Virus record (IMG/VR): IMGVR_UViG_3300047462_000385
Location: 1-64,000 of that record
From: an uncultured virus (IMG/VR IMGVR_UViG_3300047462_000385)
Taxonomy: Duplodnaviria; Heunggongvirae; Uroviricota; Caudoviricetes
Length of the DNA stretch: 64,000 nt
Direction: 5' to 3' (one strand)
Part shown: one piece after another, positions 9,397 through 18,453 of the stretch
Position numbering within the stretch: position 1 is the first letter of the stretch
Layout of the letters: every line of letters starts with the position of its first letter
Program-made: the position numbers and the translations under genes
The notes under the pieces: generated by a model
What the model was told of the DNA's origin: nothing
Databases searched by the model: none
Seen by the model: only the letters and a program-made list of their open reading frames with translations

Positions 9397-9545
9397 GAGG
9401 TTATCAATAGCTCACTGGCTGATTAGAGAAATGAAAGAACGTTCAGTTTCTCACATTAATCAGCGTCAGATTGAGCACAACTTTGGTCCCTACACGGACC
9501 TAGTGAGTCCTGGAACACCGACTCAATAGAAAAATAAACTGTTCC
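9397..9545 (+). ncRNA. unidentified structured RNA (long hairpin plus H-type pseudoknot)
   Basis: GCTCA..TGAGC long stem 9410-9476, GGTCC/GGACC, TGAGTC/GACTCA with loop GGAACA complementary to TGTTCC 9540-9545. Confidence 0.45.
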
Positions 9546-9552
9546 TAGTTAT

Positions 9553-9626
9553 GGGTTCCTAGTTAAATGGGATAACTTTTGGCTGGCAGTCAAAAATTCA
9601 GGGTTCGATTCCCTGGGGATCCACCA
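9553..9626 (+). tRNA. tRNA-Ala(GGC)
   Basis: TTTGG-CTGGCAG-TCAAA, G3:U70, ACCA. Confidence 0.88.
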
Positions 9627-9641
9627 AGTAAGTTTTGTTAT

Positions 9642-9717
9642 TGAGGAATAGACCAATTGGTAGGTCCCCTGACTTTGATTCAGGTCGGTGTAGGTTCGAA
9701 CCCTACTTCCTCATCCA
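9642..9717 (+). tRNA. tRNA-Gln(TTG)
   Basis: CCTGA-CTTTGAT-TCAGG, U1-A72, CCA. Confidence 0.9.
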
Positions 9718-9722
9718 GTTAT

Positions 9723-9796
9723 TCGGGAATCGTCTAATGGCAAGACAGTGGTCTCTGAATCCACGAATAGGAGTTCGATTCTCTTTTCCCGAACCA
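9723..9796 (+). tRNA. tRNA-Gln(CTG)
   Basis: GTGGT-CTCTGAA-TCCAC, U1-A72, CCA. Confidence 0.85.
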
Positions 9797-9810
9797 GTTA
9801 CGAAAATATA

Positions 9811-9915
9811 TGCAGATGGGTGAAACGGTTCCACGCTAGGTTCAAGGTGAGAGCATCATGCTCATACCACGGATACCCTAGAGACATCGGGTTCAACTCC
9901 CGCTATCTGCTACCA
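9811..9915 (+). tRNA. tRNA-Met(CAT)-like gene with 29-nt insertion in the anticodon
   Basis: GCAGAT/ATCTGC acceptor, CTAGG/CCTAG anticodon stem around a 36-nt loop; removing 9845-9873 gives TTCATAC; T-arm and ACCA. Confidence 0.65.
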
Positions 9916-10129
9916 ATTTGAAGTTATTAAATTGTCATGAAGATCAAGCGCAGCACCTTAAAAAAAGCTAAGCCTGAGAATCTACTACGTCTGGCAAAGT
10001 ATCTTAAACTTAGAACCGATGGCATGAGTCATCGAAATGTTTCTAAGCTAATCTACTGGCTTCTTACCCGCCGCGAAAAACGTGAGCGAGGGCTTACTTG
10101 GGCTCCATATTAATTGATATATTTAATAT

Positions 10130-10549
10130 GTGGATCCAATAGCAAAGAAAATACTCAATTCTCTTAAATGTCCAATTTGTGGCGGGCAAATTGATTTATT
10201 AACTTATAAAAAGCCTATTAGTAGCAAAGGCAATAATTTTGGCTGTGTAGTGGATCAAATGCACTACGCTATCTTTTTTGTTCACTGGGAAGCTCCCATT
10301 CGTATCGAAAAAGAAACCGTGATGCTATATGAGGGAACCAAGCTTTATGAAGTAAAGCAAGAGCATTACTTCCTAGGACGCCCAGTTCCTTGCACTGATA
10401 TCTACATCAAGCCAGTAGATTTAGAGAATAGAGTGTTGGATAATATCAAGCCTAAACACTTTCACTTTAATAAACTTTTGTTTGATTTTACTAAAACTAA
10501 TCGAGAAAAACTACTTAATAGAATTAAGACTATATTAGTCTTTCAATAA
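10130..10549 (+). CDS. hypothetical protein
   Basis: 139-aa ORF, CPIC. Confidence 0.65.
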   Translation: MDPIAKKILNSLKCPICGGQIDLLTYKKPISSKGNNFGCVVDQMHYAIFFVHWEAPIRIEKETVMLYEGTKLYEVKQEHYFLGRPVPCTDIYIKPVDLENRVLDNIKPKHFHFNKLLFDFTKTNREKLLNRIKTILVFQ

Positions 10550-10572
10550 TTTGTCTCTTTACGGAGAATGAA

Positions 10573-11478
10573 ATGTCTACTAAAAATCTAGCTAAGACCG
10601 TTATCGAGGGCGGTCGTTATGGCGGCAACAAATACGACCGTAGAAAATCCTCTCAAGAAGAACGTGTCCGCGCCAAAGAGTTTTGCAAAAAGGCAAAGCT
10701 TGATCCAGAGGTTGCAGAAGAAGAGGTAATGGAAGAACGTCAACCAGTTTACAAGGGCTTTACCGATAAACTGGCTCCAATGTATCGCTGGCTTGACTCT
10801 CAAGCAGGTCGTCCTTGGAGTGATGTTCGTTCCGAGGTTTTCCAAAACTTCGATACTCGTACTACCGCTGGTCGTCATATTACCTTCGATCATCTTCTTC
10901 GTTCCGTCGTCGAGACCGAAAGCGGCTTTGATGATCGCGGCTACATCGCAGATCCCAATATCCCAAAAGAAAGTAGCAACAATCGTATTTGGTGGGCATA
11001 TTCCGATTACTATGTTGATTAACAAGGTATTTTTCAAAAAGCTGGTAACCGTCGCCGTCGTAATCGCGGTCCTCGTGCTTGTACCGAAGAAGAGTATATG
11101 GCTGCCGGTAAATGGTTAGATGGTCGCATGATTATGCAAGATGCCGGGAAGCTTCACTGGGTTTCCGCCAACGATGGTATCTGGATGGCTTCCTGGTTCG
11201 ATCCAGAATATCCTCCTCCACCATATTCTTATGCAAAGCTTGCTTACTATCTACGTGACAATGGTCATCACGAAGAGAAGCGCCAGATGCTTCCTCTCTT
11301 CCCAGGTGGTACTGGTTATACTATGACCCTTCAAATCCACAGCGATTTCTGGAACAAAGTGGATCATCCTTTCTCTTTCCGTCAACGTGGTGAATTAACC
11401 GATGACGAAGCTTACTTCTTTAAATCTATGCCTCAACGAATCCGCGACGATATTCTTGCTTATACCAAAAATAGATAA
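10573..11478 (+). pseudogene. hypothetical phage protein interrupted by in-frame TAA at 11020-11022
   Basis: ORFs 10573-11022 and 11098-11478 are in frame with open sequence between them (YYVD*QGIF). Confidence 0.65.
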
Positions 11479-11502
11479 TGCGTATATTCTATCATATAAA
11501 TT

Positions 11503-12033
11503 ATGGAAAATTTCAAAGTCCATGGACCATATAAAAGAAGAGACGGCAGGCAAATCGTTATTATCATTGAGAATAATGGTAAACGTAGAACTGTATCTTA
11601 TCCAAAATGGTTAATGGAAATACAATTGGGCAGGCAGCTTGACCCAAATCTAGAGACTGTGGATCACATTGATAGTGATTTTAATAACAACGAATTAAGT
11701 AATCTTAGGATTATGCCAAGGAATGAGCATTCGACAGAAGATACTCGACGTGTTAAACCAGTAAAGTTTATTTGTGCTTGGTGCGACAAAGAATTTGAAC
11801 GTAGTCCTCGTCTAATCAGAGATAAGGCTCGTAAGAACAAAGCTGGTCCATTCTGTTCTAGGAATTGTGCTGGCAAGTATAGTAGACAGCTGCAACTCAA
11901 ACTAATTGATAAGTTTGATTCGCAGAAGGCAGTAGATAGTGAATACTACAAAAAGAAGTATGTAGCAGCATCTGCTCCAGTGATCAGTATTGATTACTTC
12001 ATCGACTATATGTGTGACGTTTGGGATGAGTAA
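11503..12033 (+). CDS. HNH endonuclease
   Basis: VDHIDSDFNNNELSNLRIM plus Zn ribbon. Confidence 0.85.
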   Translation: MENFKVHGPYKRRDGRQIVIIIENNGKRRTVSYPKWLMEIQLGRQLDPNLETVDHIDSDFNNNELSNLRIMPRNEHSTEDTRRVKPVKFICAWCDKEFERSPRLIRDKARKNKAGPFCSRNCAGKYSRQLQLKLIDKFDSQKAVDSEYYKKKYVAASAPVISIDYFIDYMCDVWDE

Positions 12034-12051
12034 TTTAAAAATTAATACCGC

Positions 12052-12079
12052 TTGACCCGAGCCCGGGGGTGGTTATATT
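12052..12079 (+). promoter_or_regulatory. sigma70-like promoter
   Basis: TTGACC-N16-TATATT with TGG upstream of the -10. Confidence 0.55.
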
Positions 12080-12267
12080 GGCTGCACACGATTCTGTGAG
12101 GTATTCAATGTTAACTATTCTAACGGTGCTTGGTATTGTGGTAGGATTAATCGCTTTACCGATTCTAATCAATTTAGATTACGGTGGAAGTGTATGGAAT
12201 ACATTCGACTTTGATCTGACTCAAAGTGAAAAATCTAAACCATCTAACAAGTAAAAGGAAAATAAGT

Positions 12268-12774
12268 ATGTCTAATATGACTATTGCGCAAGCGCTTCGT
12301 AGAATTAAGAAACTCAAGGGACAGATTGCTGAACATCAGCAACGCGCCCAATTTGGTGTCTCTTATGATGCCTCCAAGAAACCAGCCTTCCCATTTAAGG
12401 AAGCAGTGACTGCCATGTTTGCCATTCAAGACGAAATGGTGCAGTTAGAATCTCGCGTGGCAATCGCCAATGCGAGCGCAACCGTTAAAGACGGCAGCGT
12501 TGAAATGCCAATGGCTCTTGCCATTCGTACCCTTCAAGAGTTGAAGGGACGCATTGCATTCCTTAAGGGATTGCATTTGCGCAGTGAGACGGTGAAAGAG
12601 CGTCTGACCGAGTGGGATAACATAGAGATGAAAAACATCTCGCGTGTAACCGAAACGACTTTCGTTTCGGATCTCACCGAGCAAGATCGTGACTCTCAAG
12701 TCAAGAGCTTGCAAGATCGTTTTGAGGCGTTAAATAACGCAGTCGAAGACGCAAATCACGCCGTAACGGTGTGA
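12268..12774 (+). CDS. coiled-coil protein, DIP1984-like
   Basis: MTIAQALRRIKKLKGQI...IAIANA...LNNAVEDANHAVTV helical-hairpin pattern recalled from DIP1984-family proteins. Confidence 0.6.
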   Translation: MSNMTIAQALRRIKKLKGQIAEHQQRAQFGVSYDASKKPAFPFKEAVTAMFAIQDEMVQLESRVAIANASATVKDGSVEMPMALAIRTLQELKGRIAFLKGLHLRSETVKERLTEWDNIEMKNISRVTETTFVSDLTEQDRDSQVKSLQDRFEALNNAVEDANHAVTV

Positions 12775-12801
12775 AAAGATTTGCCCGTAAGGGCGCAGGA
12801 T

Positions 12802-13061
12802 TAGGGTACGCAAAACGTACTGTAAGCGACTGGAACCCCTCTCTCATAGGATAATGCCCTCGGGCATTCATTGAGTACAAATGGCTGCTCCTGATAAGAG
12901 CAAAACTCGCTTTCGATATCGATACTCTCCCCAGCGATCTTTAAGCTGGTTAGCAGTTAGCCTTTATAGCATCGTCAGCAGTAAGCTCTGAGCCATTAGC
13001 CATCAAGACTAAGCAGGAAGCATTTGTAAACCAGCTCCTTCGGGAAATTTTTCGTACCCTA
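12802..13061 (+). ncRNA. structured RNA with 7-nt periodic AGC repeats
   Basis: TAGGGTACG/CGTACCCTA closing stem, inner hairpins, AGCTGGTT/AACCAGCT stem enclosing about 10 NNAGCNN units. Confidence 0.65.
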
Positions 13062-13076
13062 TATTTTTATAAAGTT

Positions 13077-13406
13077 TGAGAGTGGATTGGACAATCGCGA
13101 TTATATCGAGGAAAGTCGGAGCAGTTAGAGCAACTTGCCAGGTAACGCCTGGACACCGTGAGGTGGTGGAAAGTGCAACAGAAAATATACCGCCCGTAAG
13201 GGTAAGGGTGAAAAGGTGAGGTAAAAGCTTACCGCATATTTGGTAACAAGTATGGCATTGCAAACCCCAAGTGCTGCAAGCCTAATAGAGAGTGACACGC
13301 TCGGTCAATACTCTCTGGTTGGTGCTAGAATGATTGGGTGACCAATCATCAAGATTAATGATTGTCTCGTTTTATAGACAGGACTCCGCTTATAGATCCA
13401 CTCTCA
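13077..13406 (+). ncRNA. rnpB: RNase P RNA, bacterial type A
   Basis: P1 TGAGAGTGGAT/ATCCACTCTCA; GAGGAAAGTC; GGAAAGTGCAACAGA; AAGGGTGAAAAGGTGAGGTAA; GCAAACCCC; ACAGGACTCCGCTTA. Confidence 0.93.
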
Positions 13407-13431
13407 TTTTTTATTTGGAGAACATGACATT

Positions 13432-13941
13432 ATGAAAATTATTCCCATTAAACCAATCACACCAGAATTAGTTAAAGAAGCAGAAGATTTAGCTTCTAAG
13501 GCGGGTCGATTAGAAGAACGAATTATTGAGCGCATTCACTATATAATGGTATCAATATTTAAAACCTTCAATAAAAAAGAAGCCTACTGGTATTTTTATG
13601 GAGCTGAAGAAGGTGATGTTGGAGACCTTTGGAAACATTATAATAAAGATGATATTAATGTGGTGGTAATTAATGCTGTTGGTGGTGACAAGATGATAAT
13701 CCTTCTCAAAGATGGAAGTGAATGGGGATTTGAAGATAGTATTCCAACACGATGGTTATTTGAAGACTTCGAAGAAGAGTTGTCTGAAGGAAAGAAAAAG
13801 TTTAAGGAAAAAGAAGAATCCAGGAAACTTGCTGAACAAGAAAAGCGGCGTCAGAAAAAAGACACTGATGTTGCTATCGCAAAAGTTGCCAAGGCAAAAC
13901 TTTCCAAAAAAGAGCTGGCGGCACTTAAAAGGACTCTATGA
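13432..13941 (+). CDS. hypothetical protein
   Basis: 169-aa ORF with GGAG RBS. Confidence 0.65.
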   Translation: MKIIPIKPITPELVKEAEDLASKAGRLEERIIERIHYIMVSIFKTFNKKEAYWYFYGAEEGDVGDLWKHYNKDDINVVVINAVGGDKMIILLKDGSEWGFEDSIPTRWLFEDFEEELSEGKKKFKEKEESRKLAEQEKRRQKKDTDVAIAKVAKAKLSKKELAALKRTL

Positions 13942-14552
13942 AAATAGATCTCATCTATCCAAAAATTCCAGAGAACTCTGATAAATTTCATGGCAAATGC
14001 ATTGCCTTTGAAAAGTATGATGGGACCAATCTACATTGGAAATGGGACCCTAATATGGGATGGTCTCACTTTGGAACTAGACGCACTCAGTTTACCCTGG
14101 ATAGAATTGGTATCGCCTCCTTCTCAAAAGAACATTCAGAGCTAGCATCGGCACCATATATTTTTAACGAAGCATTGCGCGATCAACTAACAATGTTTTT
14201 TTGCATAAATAGTGCGTTGCATCTACATAACATTATAGTTTTTACAGAATTCTATGGTCCTAACTCTTTTTCGGGCGGACATGTCGCACAAGATGATCAT
14301 AAGCTTGTTATGATCGATGTTATGATAAATGGCAGGTTGATGCCTCCCGAACAACTTATTCAAGACTTTTCCCAATTCGAAATTGCTAAGGTTATTTATA
14401 AAGGAAAATATTCCGGGCAGTTTGCCGAGGATGTTCGCAAGGGTAAGTATGATGTTAATGAGGGCGTGGTCGTCAAAGGCGTCGTAGATAATGAAGTTTT
14501 CATGACCAAGGTTAAAACTAAGGAATATCTAAAAAGATTACAGAAAAGGTAA
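13938..14552 (+). CDS. Rnl2-like RNA ligase/nucleotidyltransferase domain protein
   Basis: Motif I EKYDGTN, EFYG, EGVVVK, KVK. Confidence 0.75.
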   Translation: MKIDLIYPKIPENSDKFHGKCIAFEKYDGTNLHWKWDPNMGWSHFGTRRTQFTLDRIGIASFSKEHSELASAPYIFNEALRDQLTMFFCINSALHLHNIIVFTEFYGPNSFSGGHVAQDDHKLVMIDVMINGRLMPPEQLIQDFSQFEIAKVIYKGKYSGQFAEDVRKGKYDVNEGVVVKGVVDNEVFMTKVKTKEYLKRLQKR

Positions 14553-14570
14553 TTTTTTAAATTCAAGATA

Positions 14571-14598
14571 TTGACAATCAAAAGTAAATGCTTATAGT
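14571..14598 (+). promoter_or_regulatory. sigma70-like promoter
   Basis: TTGACA-N16-TATAGT. Confidence 0.55.
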
Positions 14599-14645
14599 AG
14601 TGGCATATACAGGGAACCTTCCCTGCAAATTATAGGAGATTTACA

Positions 14646-14963
14646 ATGAGCACAAATACAGATGTTCAAGAACAATTGGCAAGCATTCAGCCCATTCTTG
14701 AAGCCGCACATACGGTTATCGATTCGATGAAGCTTGGTGAGCGCAAACAAATCAAGACTTTGGCACAAGAAGTCGGAGCAAAGCTTGGCAAGGAAGCCAA
14801 GGATGTGCTAGGTTTTGTCAATCATTTCGCCCACAATACCAAGATTGCTTATGTAACTCGTGGTAAGAATGGTGGAATCATCAAAGGTGTCAAGCCTGTC
14901 AAGACCCCAAAGGTCAGCAAGAAAGATAAGGCTGCTGATACTTTTACGACTCCAACTGTCTAA
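14646..14963 (+). CDS. small basic hypothetical protein (possibly DNA-binding)
   Basis: AGGAGA RBS; Lys-rich, TRGKNGG. Confidence 0.65.
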   Translation: MSTNTDVQEQLASIQPILEAAHTVIDSMKLGERKQIKTLAQEVGAKLGKEAKDVLGFVNHFAHNTKIAYVTRGKNGGIIKGVKPVKTPKVSKKDKAADTFTTPTV

Positions 14964-15007
14964 TAATCCTGCATCTAGATTAGATATAGTCTAGTTGCGA
15001 GGTTTGT

Positions 15008-15331
15008 TTGACTAGAGACCGCGAATTTATAGAAAAGTTAATTAAGTCCTGGGCGCAAGACCATCACAGTGGTTTTGTGATTGCAGAATTAGACCCCACT
15101 CAAGAAGCTCTGGATAAAACCGGAGGACACTTGACTTGGGTGATTAGAGAGAAGCATGCCAACATCGATCTGCTTGCTTTAGCGGATCGTTTGGAAGTCT
15201 TTCTTGAGAACAAAAAGCGTCGTCTTGCTGGCATGCATTGCAAAAAATGTATGGTCTTTTACGACTATGCAGAGCCTAACCAAGCTGACGGTTCCATGAT
15301 TTGTTATTCGTGTCGAAACCCTTGTGGCTAA
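15008..15331 (+). CDS. hypothetical Zn-ribbon protein
   Basis: CKKC...CYSC. Confidence 0.6.
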   Translation: MTRDREFIEKLIKSWAQDHHSGFVIAELDPTQEALDKTGGHLTWVIREKHANIDLLALADRLEVFLENKKRRLAGMHCKKCMVFYDYAEPNQADGSMICYSCRNPCG

Positions 15332-15349
15332 GTTATAGGTGAGTGTAAG

Positions 15350-16636
15350 ATGAAGAACCTAGAAATTATTGGCGGTGGTACGGTCTTTCATGTCCGTAAC
15401 CATCTCGCATTAACTGCGCCTGCTTATGGCGAAACAGCCCGACAATTACAAGAAATGTGCTTCGAGCACGGCTCTGATTACTACAACATCAACTTACATT
15501 TAACCAAAATGGCTAATGCTGGTGTAGGAAATTTGGAAACCAATCAAGACATTTCAAAGCTGGTTGATGAGTTGATTGCCAACAAGGATACACGAATCAT
15601 TTTCTTCAACCCCGCTTTAGTGGACTATGAAGGTAGCATTGCTGCGTCTGGTCCAGTTGGGTATAACTGGGCAGATGATTTGCCAACCAAGAGTGGTAAA
15701 TACGAAGATCGACTCAAGACTTCGCAAGGTAAACAGATGATGATTCTAACACCATCCGATAAGGTGTTAAAGAAAATTCGTAAAGAGCGCAAAGATATTT
15801 TCTTGGTTGCTTTCAAAACAACTTGCGGGGCTACAGCAGATGAGCAGTTTTTAACTGGATTGCACTTGCTCAAATCCTCCAGCTGTAACCTTGTTTTGGC
15901 TAATGATACTAAGACTCGCGTCAACATGATCATTACTCCTGAGCAGGCTCGCTACTGTGTTACCACTAATCGCAAGGAAGCTCTTGAGAATTTGGCTAAG
16001 ATGACAATCCATAGAGCAGATGCTAAGTTTACTCGCTCTACTGTGGTTCCCGGCTACCTAGTTCCATGGGATATGGACAACATTCCCCATTCTTTGAAGG
16101 CGGTTGTTGATCACTGCATTGCCAAGGGAGCATACAAACCTTTCAATGGATCTACCGTTGGTCACTTCGCATTCAAGGTCAGTGACTCTAAGTTCATTAC
16201 GTCTATGCGTAAGACAGACTTCAACAACCTAAGCAAGGTTGGAGTGGTTTTGTGTGAAGCTGATGGCGATAATTCGGTGATTGCCCATGGAGCCAAGCCA
16301 TCTGTTGGTGGACAGTCTCAAAGGATTGTATTCAAGGATCATCCTGAAACAGACTGCATTGTTCACTTCCATTGCCCGCCTAAGCCAGAAGCTAAGCTGT
16401 CAGTTAGGGAACAGAAGTATTTCGAGTGTGGTAGTCATGAGTGTGGAAAGAACACTAGCATTGGTCTTAGGGAAGAGGTTCCGGGTGTCAAATGCGTCTT
16501 TCTAGACCAGCATGGACCAAACATCGTTTTCAATCATAGCATCGATCCTAAGAAGGTAATTGACTTCATTGAGAGAAATTTTGATCTGTCCAAGTCTACT
16601 GACCAAGTAAATCGTAATGTGGTGGAAGTCAAATGA
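15350..16636 (+). CDS. CoaB/DFP-like ligase domain fused to class II aldolase/adducin-like domain
   Basis: GGGT..VRN, ALVDY, KVLKKIRK..LVAFK, LVLAND; C-terminal HPETDCIVHFH. Confidence 0.65.
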   Translation: MKNLEIIGGGTVFHVRNHLALTAPAYGETARQLQEMCFEHGSDYYNINLHLTKMANAGVGNLETNQDISKLVDELIANKDTRIIFFNPALVDYEGSIAASGPVGYNWADDLPTKSGKYEDRLKTSQGKQMMILTPSDKVLKKIRKERKDIFLVAFKTTCGATADEQFLTGLHLLKSSSCNLVLANDTKTRVNMIITPEQARYCVTTNRKEALENLAKMTIHRADAKFTRSTVVPGYLVPWDMDNIPHSLKAVVDHCIAKGAYKPFNGSTVGHFAFKVSDSKFITSMRKTDFNNLSKVGVVLCEADGDNSVIAHGAKPSVGGQSQRIVFKDHPETDCIVHFHCPPKPEAKLSVREQKYFECGSHECGKNTSIGLREEVPGVKCVFLDQHGPNIVFNHSIDPKKVIDFIERNFDLSKSTDQVNRNVVEVK

Positions 16637-16956
16637 CTTTTGTACATTATAATGGAAATATAGTTAACAGCCAAGACATTACCTTAGTTTCTTATGAAGA
16701 TTTACCTACTAAAGGTAGAGTTGTGGTTAAAAGAATTGGGCATGTAGACGAGGTTGTTAGTGGGGTAGAGGCGTTAAATTTGGTCATGAGGCTGTGCCCA
16801 GAGGCTTTGGAAGGTAAGCGAATGAAGTACCTTCGTCATCGATGGGCGGTCCACAATTTGGTCGGTCACCCCTTGATGCAGCTGCTATCGTGGTTACATT
16901 TGCCCTCCCTTGGCATCAAAATTCACAATGCCACCATTCCCATGCCAATAGAGTGA
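16633..16956 (+). CDS. hypothetical protein
   Basis: 107-aa ORF, HNLVGHP. Confidence 0.6.
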   Translation: MTFVHYNGNIVNSQDITLVSYEDLPTKGRVVVKRIGHVDEVVSGVEALNLVMRLCPEALEGKRMKYLRHRWAVHNLVGHPLMQLLSWLHLPSLGIKIHNATIPMPIE

Positions 16957-16981
16957 TTGAACGAAAGTTATATAGTCAAAT

Positions 16982-17514
16982 ATGACTTTCTGTCTTATCT
17001 ATGTGGTTAAAATACTATCAACAACAAAGTCTATGTTGGACAAACTTGGCGTTCACTTGCCGTTAGATGGCACGCCCACTTGCTGCCTAGTACATATAAT
17101 CACTGCATAAAACTAAGAAGAGCACTTAAAAAGTATGGTAGTGAAAATTTTTGGATTGAGCTACTAACCATTTGTCATACTCAAGAGAAGTCTGATTATT
17201 GGGAAACTTACTTTATACATAAGTTTGATAGCATAAAACATGGTTACAATACATTAGAAGGTGGAGGATTTTCTCGAAAAGGAACCAAACATTCTTCTAA
17301 AACTAAAAAGCATATGTCCGTTAGTCGTAGGGGTGGCGGTAATGCTAATTCTGTTTTAACACTATGGCAAGTTAATCAAATTAGAACAGAATATAATGAT
17401 TTCAAAAACCCTAAGACTGGCTCAAAATATGGAGCGATAACAATGTTATCTAAAAAATATGATGTAGGAATTTCCACTATATTTGAGATCGTAAAAGATC
17501 AGGCTTGGCAATGA
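16982..17514 (+). pseudogene. GIY-YIG homing endonuclease, frameshift near 17010
   Basis: LIYVVK / NTINNKVYVGQT in different frames at an A-run; GYN motif; C-terminal HTH. Confidence 0.75.
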
Positions 17515-18041
17515 GTACTAAGCTAGAAATTGAGCGTAAATTCTTAGTAAAATTTCCAAAGTCGTGGTCAGCATTAGCCGAACTTTTTGATGGAATCGTG
17601 GATGTCAAACGAATCAGTCAAACCTATCTAACTCCCAAAGGGGATGAGCCAGCCGCTCGTGTTAGGAAGACAGTTGAGGGTTTGAGTGGAGATACCGATA
17701 CGGTTTTCCATTTCAATCAGAAGAAGCCGACTGGCGATACCGGAGTTCATGAAGAGACGGAGCACGAGATTTCCGAAAAAGAATATGAGAAATTCTTGAA
17801 GAAATCAAATCCATCCAAGTGTACCATAAGTAAGACCAGATTCGTTTTCAATTACCATGATCAGATATTTGAGTTAGATTTGTTCAAAGAACATCTAAGA
17901 GGCTTGGCTATTCTTGAGATTGAATTGAAGGACAAGGATGACACTGTGGAGTTACCTCCGTTCCTCAAAGTCATGAAGGAAGTAACAAAAGATAAAAGAT
18001 TTACCAATTTCAGTTTGGCGGATAAAGTCCTCAAGGAATGA
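17511..18041 (+). CDS. CYTH-domain triphosphatase
   Basis: EIERKFLV, KTR, ELD, LEIE. Confidence 0.88.
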   Translation: MSTKLEIERKFLVKFPKSWSALAELFDGIVDVKRISQTYLTPKGDEPAARVRKTVEGLSGDTDTVFHFNQKKPTGDTGVHEETEHEISEKEYEKFLKKSNPSKCTISKTRFVFNYHDQIFELDLFKEHLRGLAILEIELKDKDDTVELPPFLKVMKEVTKDKRFTNFSLADKVLKE

Positions 18042-18343
18042 TAAAATATCTCAGAATTGAAGATATGCATCCTAAAATTAGGGCTTTCTTTGAAAGAGCG
18101 GGGAAGCTTAAATTGGATGACGAAGAAACTCCTGAAATGGTTTTCCTCACACCTAATGGTGATATTCATGGTCATAGCATAGCTATAAGTGCGGCAGAAC
18201 TCAAATGGCTCGAAGATGAACCGAGAGTTTACGCCAAATTATGGGAAAATTGTCCTCCTGACAAATGGTTATATTGGGGCGTGGATAAGTGGGTTACAGA
18301 AGAAGAAATGCTTAAAATTATCAAGCTAAAAGCATTCATTTAA
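18038..18343 (+). CDS. hypothetical protein
   Basis: 101-aa coupled ORF. Confidence 0.6.
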   Translation: MIKYLRIEDMHPKIRAFFERAGKLKLDDEETPEMVFLTPNGDIHGHSIAISAAELKWLEDEPRVYAKLWENCPPDKWLYWGVDKWVTEEEMLKIIKLKAFI

Positions 18344-18376
18344 GCTATCAATATCGCGATATAATACATACACTAA

Positions 18377-18453
18377 GTCGTAGATCCCATATTGGAATTG
18401 GGCACAGTCTGCAAAACTGTTGGTTGCGAGTTCGAATCTCGCCTACGACTCCA
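18377..18453 (+). tRNA. tRNA-Cys(GCA)
   Basis: ACAGT-CTGCAAA-ACTGT, U73, CCA. Confidence 0.9.

Noticed and set aside
9504..9548. preQ1-I riboswitch
   Set aside because: Similar pseudoknot plus A-rich linker, but loop consensus and context (upstream of a tRNA) do not fit.
9836..9850. TCA anticodon (Sec/opal suppressor) in the interrupted tRNA
   Set aside because: No Sec-type long variable arm; removing the insert gives a normal CAT loop.
11020..11022. In-frame TAA as evidence of ochre recoding
   Set aside because: Single case, TAA is the dominant true stop, and no UUA-anticodon suppressor was seen.
12950..13023. CRISPR array
   Set aside because: Units are 7 nt without spacers; no CRISPR repeats or cas genes are visible anywhere in the window.
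13009..13263. 84-aa minus-strand ORF and other ORFs over RNA genes (9635, 20484, 5' extensions at 5876, 18424, 19366, 37733)
   Set aside because: Shadows of the RNase P RNA and tRNA genes.
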